From: Marsupella aquatica
Lineage: Eukaryota; Plantae; Marchantiophyta
Reading direction: 5' to 3'
Assembly (NCBI GenBank): GCA_973895155.1
Contig: OZ316892.1
Location: 6,314,847-6,378,846 of the forward strand
DNA length: 64,000 bases
Numbering within the stretch: the stretch's first letter is position 1; every line of letters starts with the position of its first letter. Below the pieces are notes generated by a model. The model was not told the origin of the DNA, did not search any database, and saw nothing but the letters and a program-made list of their open reading frames with translations. Shown in pieces: positions 23,650-35,649 of this stretch. Made by a program: the position numbers and the translations under genes.

Positions 23650-24670
23650 AGTCTACTCAATTGCATTGTGTAAGCAACCTAGCACTCTAAACAAAAGGTT
23701 TGATCTTCCATCACCATGGTCCAGACCCCTTTCATGTTTTCCCCTTTCTTGGACTTTCTTTACCCACAAAGGGATCGAAACCACTGGTGCAGAATTACAG
23801 TCCAAACATGTTTGCCAGAAGCATTCAAAGCTACAGAGTGAAGTAGGATCCTTGAAGCAAGGCACTCTTCTTCCAGCTTCATGACTGTTGGATCATTGAC
23901 ATTCTCGACTTCCAGGAGAATTATCACGACTCCCCACGTCTAAACCCACGTCGCTCTACTCATATCAACTAAACAATCAAAGACTCTTGAGATTAGTCAA
24001 AGAATCTTTTAGAGGATTCTTTAAAGAATTCGAGGCAATGACATTACTTGGCCAAGCAAAATCTCAAAAAATAATCACTGCCTCTACTTGCTGTCATGAC
24101 TTTGGAAGCATTTTCGTAAAGAAGTGGATGACAAACAGATTCAGCTTTGATCAAAACTTGCAAGATCTGTTTCCCATCAATAGAGATTGAAAATGTCGAT
24201 TGTGAAGGAAACCCATCCCTACGATAAAATCCGAAGATCACATCACAGACTCGACCCAAGCCAATTCTGCTCGCCAAGGCACAGATCCACGTTAATCGTT
24301 ACTAGGTGTCGAGGTCAGTAGTACTTTGACATAATTACGGTGCAGGTTATTTCCAGCTCATCCATGGACCATCGACACAATCTTCACTGACAAAGATGAC
24401 TTGTGAGTTCAGTTCAGCCATTCTTGAGGTCATTTTCCCTTACAGTATAGATAGCATCTGGATTGATAGACCTGCTCTTCTATAGCATCACATTGCTAAC
24501 TTAAGGTTGAAGGAAGCTGATCATAGGTGATCCACATAGTTTTGCACTTCTCTTCCATTTCTTGCCAATGAGGCATTCTGCTGCACGATACAACGCATGA
24601 CAGAAATATTCTTAGAACAGTAGAGCTACGCGTTTAAGAACGAGGTGAAATAAAGGATGATCGCCAGGAA
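23650..24670 (+). other. Putative endogenous viral element: negative-strand RNA virus L/RdRp core (SDD-type, ophiovirus-like)
   Basis: Motif-like segments in the expected order: KPTSLYSYQLNNQRLLRLVKE...FFKEFEAMTL (pre-motif A, 23942-24046), SIFV...FDQNLQ (A-like), G.GYFQ/PWTIDT (B-like, 24339-24379), VIFPYSIDS (C-like, YSID at 24441-24452), then EAFCCTIQRMTEI. Interrupted by stops and frameshifts. Compared by eye with remembered consensus. Confidence 0.55.
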
Positions 24671-27449
24671 AACAGGTAACCTTAAGTTCTAGACCTTAGG
24701 GGACCTTAGGGCCTCTAGACAGATTCCCCTTAGTGACCCTCCTATGCGGTTTACTCCTCAGCTTTGCCAAACTTTTCAGTCCTGAGCTTTACCAAACTTT
24801 TCACCCAGTAGGGTCTTTAGTTTGTTGCAAGTTTCTTAGTTTTTTGTTTGTGTGGGATGATCCTTGTTAGGCCTCTTTGGTCTTCTTGGGGTCTTTGCCT
24901 CCCCCCCCTTATTGGGTTCTTTTGCCTTTGGGACCATGTCTCCCGGTTTGGTGTTCCCGTCTTTTTGGCAGTGTGACATATATCTAGCACCCACATGAAA
25001 CTCTGGTTGAGGTCTTGAGTTGGTTGTCTTGTTCTGCTCCAACAGAACTACCAGTGACTTAGAGCCAAGCACATCTACTTCTCTCATTCTCAGAGTTGTC
25101 TTATTCTGGTCCAAGAGAACTGCCAGTGACTAAGAGCAAACCAGATCTTGAAGCCCTTCTGACATTTTTAGCCCCTATCTATTGTCAAGTGGGGGAAATT
25201 AAACTACAACTACCCCTATAAAGGGTTATGGGTTACTCATAGCTCTCATTGTAAAGAGCATACGTTCAGGAATGGGCTTTGAGCTCCACAAAAAGTAATG
25301 AGTGTCACACCTTTTATTAGCAAATGCTCCACCTTTTATGGTGATACACTTAATGAGGGAGGCTCATATAGTGGTAGGTGTGGTTTAAGGGAACCAAACT
25401 GCAATAGTCTTTGCACGTAGACGATAGACAACACATGTGTTCAAGTTCAAGTGAGTGTCGGATGGGGGAACCAGGTCCAGGGTGAAGGTATAGTTGGAGG
25501 AGGTTAGCTCACGCAAATGACAAGCCTCCATGTGTCCACAAACCAATCACATGCCATACTGGGTTAGTCTAGTTGAGTTAAGTGAACCCCATATACAGTC
25601 AAGTGAGCTACCACACAACCATGTCTCTCTTGATAGGTCTTGGGTTCAACTATAGTGACTAACTGTTCCCTTTCATAGGGTTTCACAGATTTCCCCTTAA
25701 AAAGTTTTTTTTTTTTAAGTGAACCCATATACAAATTGGGGGCTGACCTGATAATTAAATTAATTTTGGGGGCACATTAAATTCTACCACTTGGGGATAT
25801 TATAGTAAGAAATGGAAGAAGGAAAGTGAATGTCTGATCGAGTGTTTCCTTTCTGTGCAAAGTTTGGCACATTTGTTACCAGGTGAAGTGGGTTACAAAT
25901 GCTACACAGATGTTCTTTTAACAGTTCTAGTGATTACTTGCCAAAATCAATGGTCCAGCTAGATCTGATTGTACATACATCTAATGATAATAATGTGACC
26001 CTACAACCTTTTTTGTGACGCTGATGCTTCTCAAGGCACAATAAGTGCCACCTACCAAAAATACAAAAGTAAACCCTAGCCTGAACCATCAAAGTAAATT
26101 GCTTTTTCAAGACTTTGTTTGACCTCTTAAACTAAATTTATGTTATACTTTGTTTGACCTCTCAGAGTAAATTTATGCTAAACTTTGTTTGACCTCGAAA
26201 AGTGGATTCTGGACCTTTTTTTTTCAGCCCAACAGTTCGTTCTTCGGGAATAGTGCATTCTTATTATGGTCGTCCTTAGAGCTTACGTATTCTTGGTCCT
26301 TTCCTGCTATGGCGGTCTTCTCTGCTCTTTCCACCCTGTGTCGATGACCGAATTGCGCTTGGCACACGACGAGCACGAGACGGCCTTCTCTTCGATGCAA
26401 AACGCTGCAGCGTTGATGGTGGCGACCTGTCTAGAATCCCCTAGCGGCTTCAACGTTTTCTGAATTCCGGAATAGGTGTGGTTTAGTTCTCCCTGGCTGA
26501 CACGAGACCGTCTTCTCTTCGAAGTGAAAAGCTGGAGCGTTGATTGTTGCAACCTGTGTAGAATCCCACAGCTTCTTCAACATTTTCTGAACTGCGGAAT
26601 CGGTTTGGTATGGTTCCCAACCTGGCTGACTGGCTGTCGAGGAATGAGTGAGTGAATGAATGATTGGAGATTTTGTACCGTTTTTGATTTCGCGATTTAA
26701 TTGGACAGCGGCGTTTGAATGTTGTGCGAGTGCTTGATGTGCTCATGAAGCCGCCCCCGCGCTTGCTTCTTTGCAGGGAAAAGCACAAATCGTCGAGCAA
26801 TTCTCCTCCGTGCTGTTGAGATGAAGTGCCACTGCCAGATATTGTAGAAGGCGTACCGTTGGAGGAGGCGATCCTACTTCAAGTCGAGGGGCCAGTGCTT
26901 GATTTGCTTGCCGTCGTCTCTCTTCGTCCTGCTGCCGCAAACTGCTGGCGTTGTGTCTATCTAATTGTATTAAAAAGAGGCCCTGTTTACTATACGTATC
27001 TAGAAAGTGGGCCTATTAAACATCTCTCTCAAACACACTACTCGTCTCTCTCATCCGACTATTCAGCAAGCGTTCTCTTGTTCTCCATTCCGTCTTGTGT
27101 TTGTTGGAAGCGTTCTCTCGGGTTCTCTCCGACTTTAATGTTGTCTTGTGGTCTTTAACGTCGGCGTTCCCTTTTCATAAACTGCCAGCATCCTCAAGAG
27201 TGTGAACTCTTCTCTCGTTCTATGTACCATCAGGGTTGGCAACTATTAGAGCACTCTCTCCTCACTTATAGCGTAATTGTTCTCGCGTTCGGCCTTAAAA
27301 TTTAAGCAGTCACTACAGCATAAGCGTTTTTCCGTTCTATCTACCGTCAGCGTTCTCTATACAGTATGTGCCGTTCTTTAATTTCGGCCATACTGTAACC
27401 TATCTTTGTAATTAGTATCTCGAGCGTCTATCAGATGAATAGCTCTCAC

Positions 27450-29230
27450 TCTTTGTCGCTTTCAACTTGCATTAGCGTTTTTCAGCTACGGGTTGAAAGG
27501 CTTGTCGGCTCCGTTAGAAGGGCTATTGAGTAGGGACATGGTGTTTCTACTGTTCGTAATTGCTTTCCTCTTCTTCTTCTTTGTTAATCCGGCTAGTGTG
27601 GCGCCCGAGTAAGAATACGGCCTCGGCATGGGCATGATCGGAGAGGAGCTCACGGTTCCCCTCATCATCGCTTATCGCTCCCTCAGTTTTGCAAATCCAC
27701 CAGGTCAATCGCACCCTGATCACTTGAATATTTCAGATTGAGCATGTAAACATTTTCCATGATCCAGGCTTATGTTTTCAGCATCTCATGAGGACAACGG
27801 AGTTCTAGTGTAGCATTCAGTTGCCCTGCTCGCACTGTCCTGAAAATAGCTGCTTTTGTTCGACCTTTTAAAAGCAATGTTTGTGTTCTTATTCTACAAT
27901 CATTCCACCCTCAAGATATAAATAGGGATTCTACAACTTCGTCAGCTGAATTGACTTCGAAGATTCAGGACACAAAAGAAAGCTGCTGAGCTGATGACAG
28001 TTTGAATGCGGTCTAATCATTCCGTGGTTTCCTGCAGACTTTGTTTTCATGGCCTCAAAGTCCATGAATTCATGGAAGACAGAGCAAGGGTGGCAGAAAC
28101 TCAGGTGAGAGTCGTTTTTCTCCTAAGTTGCTATCTATGGTTCCCATCGTCCTAGTTGCAGTGCAATCTAGCTTGAATATCTTGTTTCTCATTGTATGGA
28201 GTCTTCCTGGACCATTGTAAGGGATTGTAAGCAAACGTATGGGCGCTTGGCTCGTGCCGGACAACTAGATTTTGGACTTTGGGGAGGATATTTAGAGAGA
28301 CATTTAATTGAAGTCCTGACTTCGTTGCGGACTATTTCTGCAAAGACCAGTAAACTGGCTAGTCACTCAAAAGCACTAATGCAGAGGTAGTGGGAAAGTT
28401 GGACAGCCTATGAACCCCAAACATTGAGAATATGAATTGCAAAAGGCCCATAGATCTTAAAAGCAGAGGATCGTTCGTTTCCTGGCTTTTTAATGAACAG
28501 TCACCCCTGATGTGGGCCAACTCTATCCTAAACTTTGCCAACTATGTTCCTAACATGACCCCTGGATCGTCAAGAACTTTTGTTCAGTAGTGCATCACTT
28601 GTCATTGCAATGACCGGGCTTCATTTTGAACGATGCTCGGATAGACTTTCTACATTGGATTGTAGAAGAATGCCGCCTACCAGTGAATTTTCTCCAGTTG
28701 GATTAAGATAGCTTATTGGACTTCATAGTCACAGCCTGTTGTTGTCAACTAGAGTAGAGCCCCTTCCTGGTGGTGACATCCTTTCGACATATGGAGGTCG
28801 TTCCGTCAACTCGGAATTCATGTTCCACTCCTGTCCCAAGTAGTGATTCAATCTTGTCTTGGATAAGGTTGTGATACCAGCATAGTTGTCACCTCCATAT
28901 GCGTTTTTGATGCATGGTAAGTCTCTTCTTGAACATTGACCCGTATCAGTCTTGAATTCAAGAGCAGCTTTTTTAAAACAGTTCAGAGTATTATACCCGC
29001 CCAGACGCCAAGTGATAGCATCTCTGAACTCAACAGTCTTGTCTCTTCCTTTACATCCATAATCGGAAGGATTGAGTGACGGCTTAGTCTTCTAGTTACC
29101 TCGTTCCATCAGCCATTTTAACAAAGTTATCTTTTGAATCGATGGAACGATCGAGACTTTTTTTGACTTGTCTTAACCATACGAACTGCTTGACCTGGCA
29201 GATGAGCAGTTAGGTTGACATTTGATAGTA
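27450..29230 (-). other. Putative endogenous viral element: L-protein capping (PRNTase)-like fragment, minus strand
   Basis: A stop-free frame of ~120 codons from 29091 reads KTKPSLNPSDYG...KTVEFRDAITWRLGGYNTLNCFKKAALEFKTDTG...LPCIKNAYGGDN. Its spacing resembles rhabdovirus-like EKxK...YG...IxWR...T...HR. Confidence 0.4.
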
Positions 29231-29299
29231 TTGAAATCTAGAACCAGGAAGCTAAATGATAAGAGAATCTAACTCACAGGTATGAAGAAGTGCAAATGT

Positions 29300-30150
29300 A
29301 CTAGGCTAATTAGCTCATTAGGAATATGTACTTAGTCTAATGTGGAGAGGCTGCAGTCTCTGAAGGTTAACCAAGTTGTCTTGCTTTCTTTTCCCAATGG
29401 ATGGTTAGGCGCTGTAGGGTATGTTGCGACACTGCCCATAAAATCATCAGAAGTATTGATTCTGTACCGGCCATTGTAAGTAAAAGCAGGAGTGAGCAAG
29501 ACACCGTAGGGGTGGGATTGTATTGAACAAACTAGCGACGTGATGAGCTTTAGCAAACTATATAATCCTGCCCTGCTCAATTCCGCAACGGGTTTGTCAA
29601 GCTATAGTCACACAGTTTGTGAACTCTCTAAGGACCAAAACACCAAGGTGGCAGTTGCGACCTTATCCAAGACAATGACGAATACTTATTTGTTGACAAC
29701 TATAATGATAAGAATGGAAATAAATCATTGGGGTAGATCCCCTGCTTTTGGTACATATTTTGTGAGAAGTCGAGCATATCTGCGTCCGAACGAAAATCTC
29801 CTGTAAGGAAGCAGTCTATCTTTTTGGCCATTAACTAAGCCTATGAGTTGTTCAGGCAATAGTGGTAGTCCTGATTTTATTGAATGACTTGTCGGAGCAC
29901 ACATTACTGTCAAAGAAATTTACTGGAGGCAATGTCTGAAGGCGAGAGCCAAGATCTCACCTCATTCTTGGTGTCTTCTTATGTTCTATTGTTCAAAGCT
30001 GTCATCCTCTGTTGTTGAACCCAGTTATGTGGAAACACACAAGGGATCCATTGGAGAAGTGAAATAGGATCAATGGTAGCGTCGAAAGAGAAACTATGAA
30101 ATAGTCGTCATCTGGCATTGGGAGCATAGAGCAAAACTCGAGTCAAAGCG
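29300..30150 (+). other. Putative endogenous viral element: L-protein CRIV-PRNTase-like fragment, plus strand
   Basis: GRSPAFGTY (29732) / CEKSSI, followed by FTGGNV*RREP (29919-29951). These resemble the PxFG/GxxT and TGGxxxHRxP motifs of ophiovirus-type L. Confidence 0.42.
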
Positions 30151-30177
30151 TAGTTTTTAGGATGAGGGTGGCAGTGA

Positions 30178-30582
30178 AGTAGATGGCATCAGTGTTTTCT
30201 GAAATTTCTATTTCACCATTGCAATTCCTCATCGTCTTTCAGCACTGCTCAAAGAACTCCGAAGTTTATTAATCAATCAAAGTTCATAGAGCAGCGCACA
30301 AAGCGTCAACGAAAATAGATGGCGTGAGTCTTTTCTTGAATTGCTATTTCACCATTGCAATTCCTCGTCGTCTTTCAGCACTGCTCAAAGAACTCCGAAG
30401 TTTATTAATCAATCAAAGTTCATAGAGCAGCGCACAAAGCGTCAACGAAAATAGATGGCGTGAGTCTTTTCTTGAATTGCTATTTCACCATTGCAATTCC
30501 TCATCGTCTTTCAGCACTGCTCAAAGAACTCCGAAGTCTATTAATCAATCAAACTTCATTGAGCAGCACACAAAGCGTCAAC
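30178..30582. repeat. Three-copy 136-bp tandem repeat
   Basis: TATTTCACCATTGCAATTCCTC occurs at 30209, 30345 and 30481. Confidence 0.92.
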
Positions 30583-31743
30583 AAAATCACAGAAAGCAGT
30601 CCCCAAAGACACATCAATCAGACTCCTTGGACCTCCTAGCCAGAGACGAACTCGAATGGAAAAAAGTTGCTCCAGAGTCTATCAGCTCTTATATTCACTT
30701 TGAGTTTCTGGTGTACTAAAATTGCACAGCCCTCTTCTCCTTCAAACCTACAGAGGGGCAAGCCAGTCACTTCTTTTACTAGCAAGAAAAACCTGTGTGA
30801 GAAGTCGGCACACTTCTTGATCCACAATAGAGTGTAAGGAATGTGGCCAAATTGGGGCAGGTCTACTCTTATTTAGGCAAGGACCCAGGGTTAAGACACC
30901 TGCCTCATGTCAATGGAAACCATTGCCTCAACCCTGACTCCCTAAGTTCTGAAGAGTGGTACGATTACCTCACCCTCACTTCCAAAGTTCTGAGGAGGGG
31001 CACCATCACCTCAACCCTCACTCCCTGAATTCTCAAAGAGGGGTTGGTGCCCCAATTGACCAGGGTAGCCTGTGCTGTAGTTTGCATCTCCCCTTGACCT
31101 TAGCACAACATATCATGTACAATGTAAATCATGATGGCTACAAGTATGACAACTGTGGGACTCTTAAAATGATTTCCTTCCACCGTCATGATCTGTTCAC
31201 CTGGTCTGGGTATCCTTTGCTTGTAGCCTACTCCACCCTCCTTCTAGTTTTACCCATTTTGTTCCTCATAATACCTGTGATACCACCTTACCTTTGCACA
31301 TATCATGACGTTCTAAAGTGGACCCTTGTTTGTTAGGTCTGATGCAAAACGTATATCTTTCATTTGGACAAGTAGGTAGTCCAGGCCTTGCCCTGCCACC
31401 TGGATATTTCCCTGTCACCCTAGGTTCTTGCAGAGTACCTTTCATTCATCCAGCCGTCTCCCTTGTCACCTGTTGTTTCTCCTTCCACACAGACAAACAA
31501 GTGGATAAACAAATAACACAGTATATTTCAAACTGCCATAAAAAAAAGGCGCCCAACTGGGAGACATGATATCACATTCTATTCCTAGAGCATTCACTTC
31601 CCTTGGGATGTCTCACATTTTGTAACATGTAATTGAATGAATATCTTATGTAACTTATCAGATGTTTTAGACATAACATAATCATTTATATATGCCTTTG
31701 TTGGAGCACTGCACCCAAAATGCTTGTGAAGTGCTCCAACAAC

Positions 31744-34700
31744 CTAAAAATCATCATCACTGCTATTATCCTCTCCGGTATCCTTTTGGTCAATGTCACC
31801 CGTCTCCAATGGCTCGTTGTCAGCATCCTCTAAGACCTGAAATATTCATTTCATTCATTTCAGCCCTGTAGCTCTGTTTGCCATCGACTCTAACCCTCCT
31901 AAGATTGAGTGTTTGCAAATGATTTCAGATGGACACTCAAAAGGTTGCTTAATTCCTGCTTCAAATTTTCAGGAAGAATCCTCAAGCTGAAGGGGAACAG
32001 CCATGACTCCTTGATAGCATTATTGTACTGTCTCGAAAGAATGATTGGCAAGTTCTTAATTTCATGTTTATATGGAGCAAACATGAAGGCTAGGCATGAG
32101 GAGCAACTTAAATCTGGATCTAGGAGAACTAACCTCGGAAATCTCTGATCCGTCAGTGGAAGCATCAAAATCAGAAAGTCCCGGTTTGAAACCATCTTCA
32201 ATTTGAAAAGCATCTTTGGTGCTTGTTTTGGTACGAGATCTTGAGCTGAATTTTGAATTCAGAATTGGGTTTGCCAAGGCTTTTAATCCACCATTAGTTG
32301 GCGTCATCCACTGCGTTGGTCCCTATCAGAGGCAATACTTCTGTTCATTAACCAAAGTTCCAATTCTAGTCTCAAACTTAATTACATATACCCAAAGCTC
32401 AAACATTTGGAATCACAGGGATGATTTGAATTTTTTTTAACAGTCCAGAACCAGCAAATAAGTTGTGGACTTTTTGCAGCAAATTATAATGCAGTATTTT
32501 GACAAGTTCTTGTCAACTCTGCACCACTACTGAGGTTTGTGATTGGTTAAGTGTGTGCCATTTGATGCGTTCTCATAAAAGTACCTTTGGGAGCCCCCTG
32601 GAACTCTCTACTGTCATGTTATATTGTGCGGGTGGCTGATCAGATTTGGCAAGAGGATCAAGAATTGTCTTGAAAGAATTGCCATCAAACCATTTCCAGA
32701 ACATTGTTCCCTCTCCGTCAGAATCTTCTGAGCTCCCTTGATTAGGATTTGAACCAGCCACTTCTTCTCCACGTAGTATGGAAAGTTCCTAATGAAGAAA
32801 CACACAGGGGGTTATTCTCACAAGCTAATCATCAAGAAACCCAGGAATAGAGGTAGTAATGCGTCAATGTCTGTGCTTGATGTCGAAAAGAATGTTAAAA
32901 GTTCTAAGCTGTCCCATTAGCATAAACCTCTTCATAGAGTCGACGCTGCAGACGACGCATGCGGCAATCAGCTTTGTCCAATATTTCCTGCTGCTCTTGA
33001 TTGTGTCCTTCCATTTGTGATTGAAGCCATTGTAGATTGCAAGACTTTTTGGTATATACCACAAATAATGCTTGCAGATCTTTTTGGAGAGCTTCATACT
33101 TGTCCATATATGCAGGCCTGCTCCGAGTTCAACACAAAAACATGCACGACTTGCATTACCATCAACCTGGAAGCTCTATCCATTCGATTTGTTGCAATGT
33201 ATTATTCAAAGTGTCTGATAAGGATGAGAGCTTTTGTGAAATAAGAAGAAATATATTTCTTCCTTTCAAGCCTTAAAGTGGACCACATTGCCGAGAGGCG
33301 ACTAGCTCTTGGTTTTAATGTTAAACGATATTAGTAGGAGTAAATATCATCTTTAAGGATGGTCTCCCTGAGTGACATGTTTTGGATTTCTCTTATAAGG
33401 CTAATGGTGGCTTTAGTGTTGAACCATATTAGTAGGAGTACATATCATCTTTAAGGATGGCTCCCTTACATGTTTTGGATTTCTCTTACAAGACTAATAG
33501 TGGCTTGGAGAAAGGTTTGGAGTGATTTACAGTTGAGCAATATTTCAGAAAAGTAATTCAAGTACAGGAAGTAAATTACCTAACATTTTGAAGGGTAGAA
33601 AGACGCTCCTCACTCCTTTCCAGCTCTAGGCGTCGCTTATCAACTTTACTTTGTAACACTTCTTTGTCTTTTTTGACAGTTTCTTCATCTTGTTGAGCTG
33701 ATGAAATACTTTCTAGCATGGTACTGATGGCTCCTTTCAATCCCTGTTCTATCTCATCCATGTCCATGTTCATCATAGTAGCCCGTGATCTGGATTCCTG
33801 TCAAGAGTGAAAGAGCTTCAACATTCTCTTTCTCAGTAACATTGCAGACATTTCAAGCAATTGCCCTCAATTTGTCCATATCAACAACTTCCTTTAATCT
33901 CATGTCATTTGGGTTTCCTGCTACGACAACTTTACAGTGATAGTCTGCTAAAGAACATTGGTCAAAGTGTATATGAGGCTCACAAACTGGAGACATATGA
34001 ATCATTTCAGAAAGCCACTTTAGTCTCAAACAAACCTGCATCATGGGTTCTGAGTCAAGTAAGTCACATAAGGAGCCTCCATGCTTTGAAATCTCATTCA
34101 CAAGCAGTCTTGTAGCTTTGACATCAAAAGCCTTGATTGACGAGCCCAGCTCCATAGTTTCACACTACCACACATCACAATTTTTCCATTATTTATTTTC
34201 AACATGTTAATTGCTATGGTGGCTGTCTCCTGCATTTCAGTGCCATAGAATGTGATGCAAAAGTACAAATGCGAGCTACTAGATTTTTTCTGTAGATCTT
34301 ACTAGTATGTCCCTTGTCTTTCAAATTTGTCTCTAATGGTTGGAGTTTATAAATCCAATAAACACTTCCAGATGGGGGACAATAGCTTCAAATCTATATA
34401 AAGGAGGCAACTTTATGCATTCTTTGAAATTTTTGAAAAAGACATCCTTAAGATATGAGGCAGATTTATATTACAGAACAAACCTCTGATCTTGTGGCTG
34501 TGTTGGTTGCATTTTGCAACAATGAAGCAACTTTTAGGAGCTCTTTCACTGCATAGCCATCTGCAGAGTACAAACGCCTTGGATTCAACTTTATTCTCGC
34601 GCCAGACAACTGAAGAGTGAGGATGTTGTTTTTCAGTCCAAGAAAACCAAAGGTGCTGAGCTAGCTTTAGAGTTTATAAAAAAAGAGTATCTAATACCTG

Positions 34701-35649
34701 TTCTCTTCTGCTTAGAATCTTGAAGTAATCTTGACAAGGATCCATACCATGATGTGAGTAGCTTGCTTGAGAAAGGCAACACGCCGCCCATCAGTAGATA
34801 TGTCGAGGTCCAGGTCTATTGTGGGGTCATACCTGAGCAAGAACATCCCAGCATAAGTGGTCAAGGAATTGGATCATGAGTAACCTAGCTTGGGAGTTCA
34901 TGAAAATGTAATTAAGGAAAGGGTTTCAAGCACTTGATAAGACAAAGTGCAGCTTTCTGCGACGATATCCAAGACACAATAAAAAGATTATCAAGTATGT
35001 TGTTAAGAATAAATGCTCAAAATGTTACCTTGTCTCAAGAATGGGGTAAGAGATCATGGTTAAGTTAGGAGTTTTGTCGTTTTAGTTCCACACAGGCAAT
35101 CACACAATTCACATATGAATATGAAAGCACATTCCTTTGGATTTTGGCATGTTGAATTTTAGTCGCAAAATTTTTGAGTTGTCATATCTTTTTGTTTTGC
35201 TGGAGAAAATACTTCTACTGGATTTCAATTGAATGGAACTATTCCACTAATATGGCACAAGTGGCTTGTTTGAAAACTCTACAACATGGTACTCTAGTCT
35301 AGGATCCATACGTCAGAGAAGCTTAAACCTCATCATAATTTGAAGCAAAATTGCAAAACCATAGAATTTTGTCCATATTGTTTGGTTCATTCATGAGCTA
35401 TTTAGGATGGAGAATACTAATTGGTGTACATTCTCCAAGTGGTTGGCAAGGTTTGGTGGTTGTTCATAAGTGGATGCCTTCAACACTATCATTGCTACAA
35501 TTTGGAAAGCTAAAGTAGCTTGAAAGAGGAGAAGAACCTTAATAGCAACCAATTCAAGCACTCAGCCACAAGTTCAAAGTTTGGGTACCGAAAACTCTCC
35601 ATTGAAACAAGCCCTGGAAATCCCAGTTCGTGCAATACTGCAACAAGCT
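31744..35649 (-). CDS. CLUAP1: Clusterin-associated protein 1 / IFT38 (IFT-B); first short exon(s) unresolved
   Basis: Exons 35649-35538, 34832-34748, 34609-34484, 34164-34036, 33797-33580, 33117-32928, 32788-32585, 32322-32134 and 31836-31744. Motifs: [69 protein letters not shown], and an acidic C-terminus SSDDDF*. Confidence 0.9.

Noticed and set aside
24140-24175. Minus-strand ETDLASFDQS resembling alphavirus-like RdRp motif A
   Set aside because: It is followed by a stop with no motif B or GDD downstream, and the plus strand gives a more coherent ordered motif set.
28854-29675. Perfect 16-bp inverted repeat TTGTCTTGGATAAGGT as a possible TIR pair
   Set aside because: There is no TSD or extension, and one such match is plausible by chance in 64 kb.
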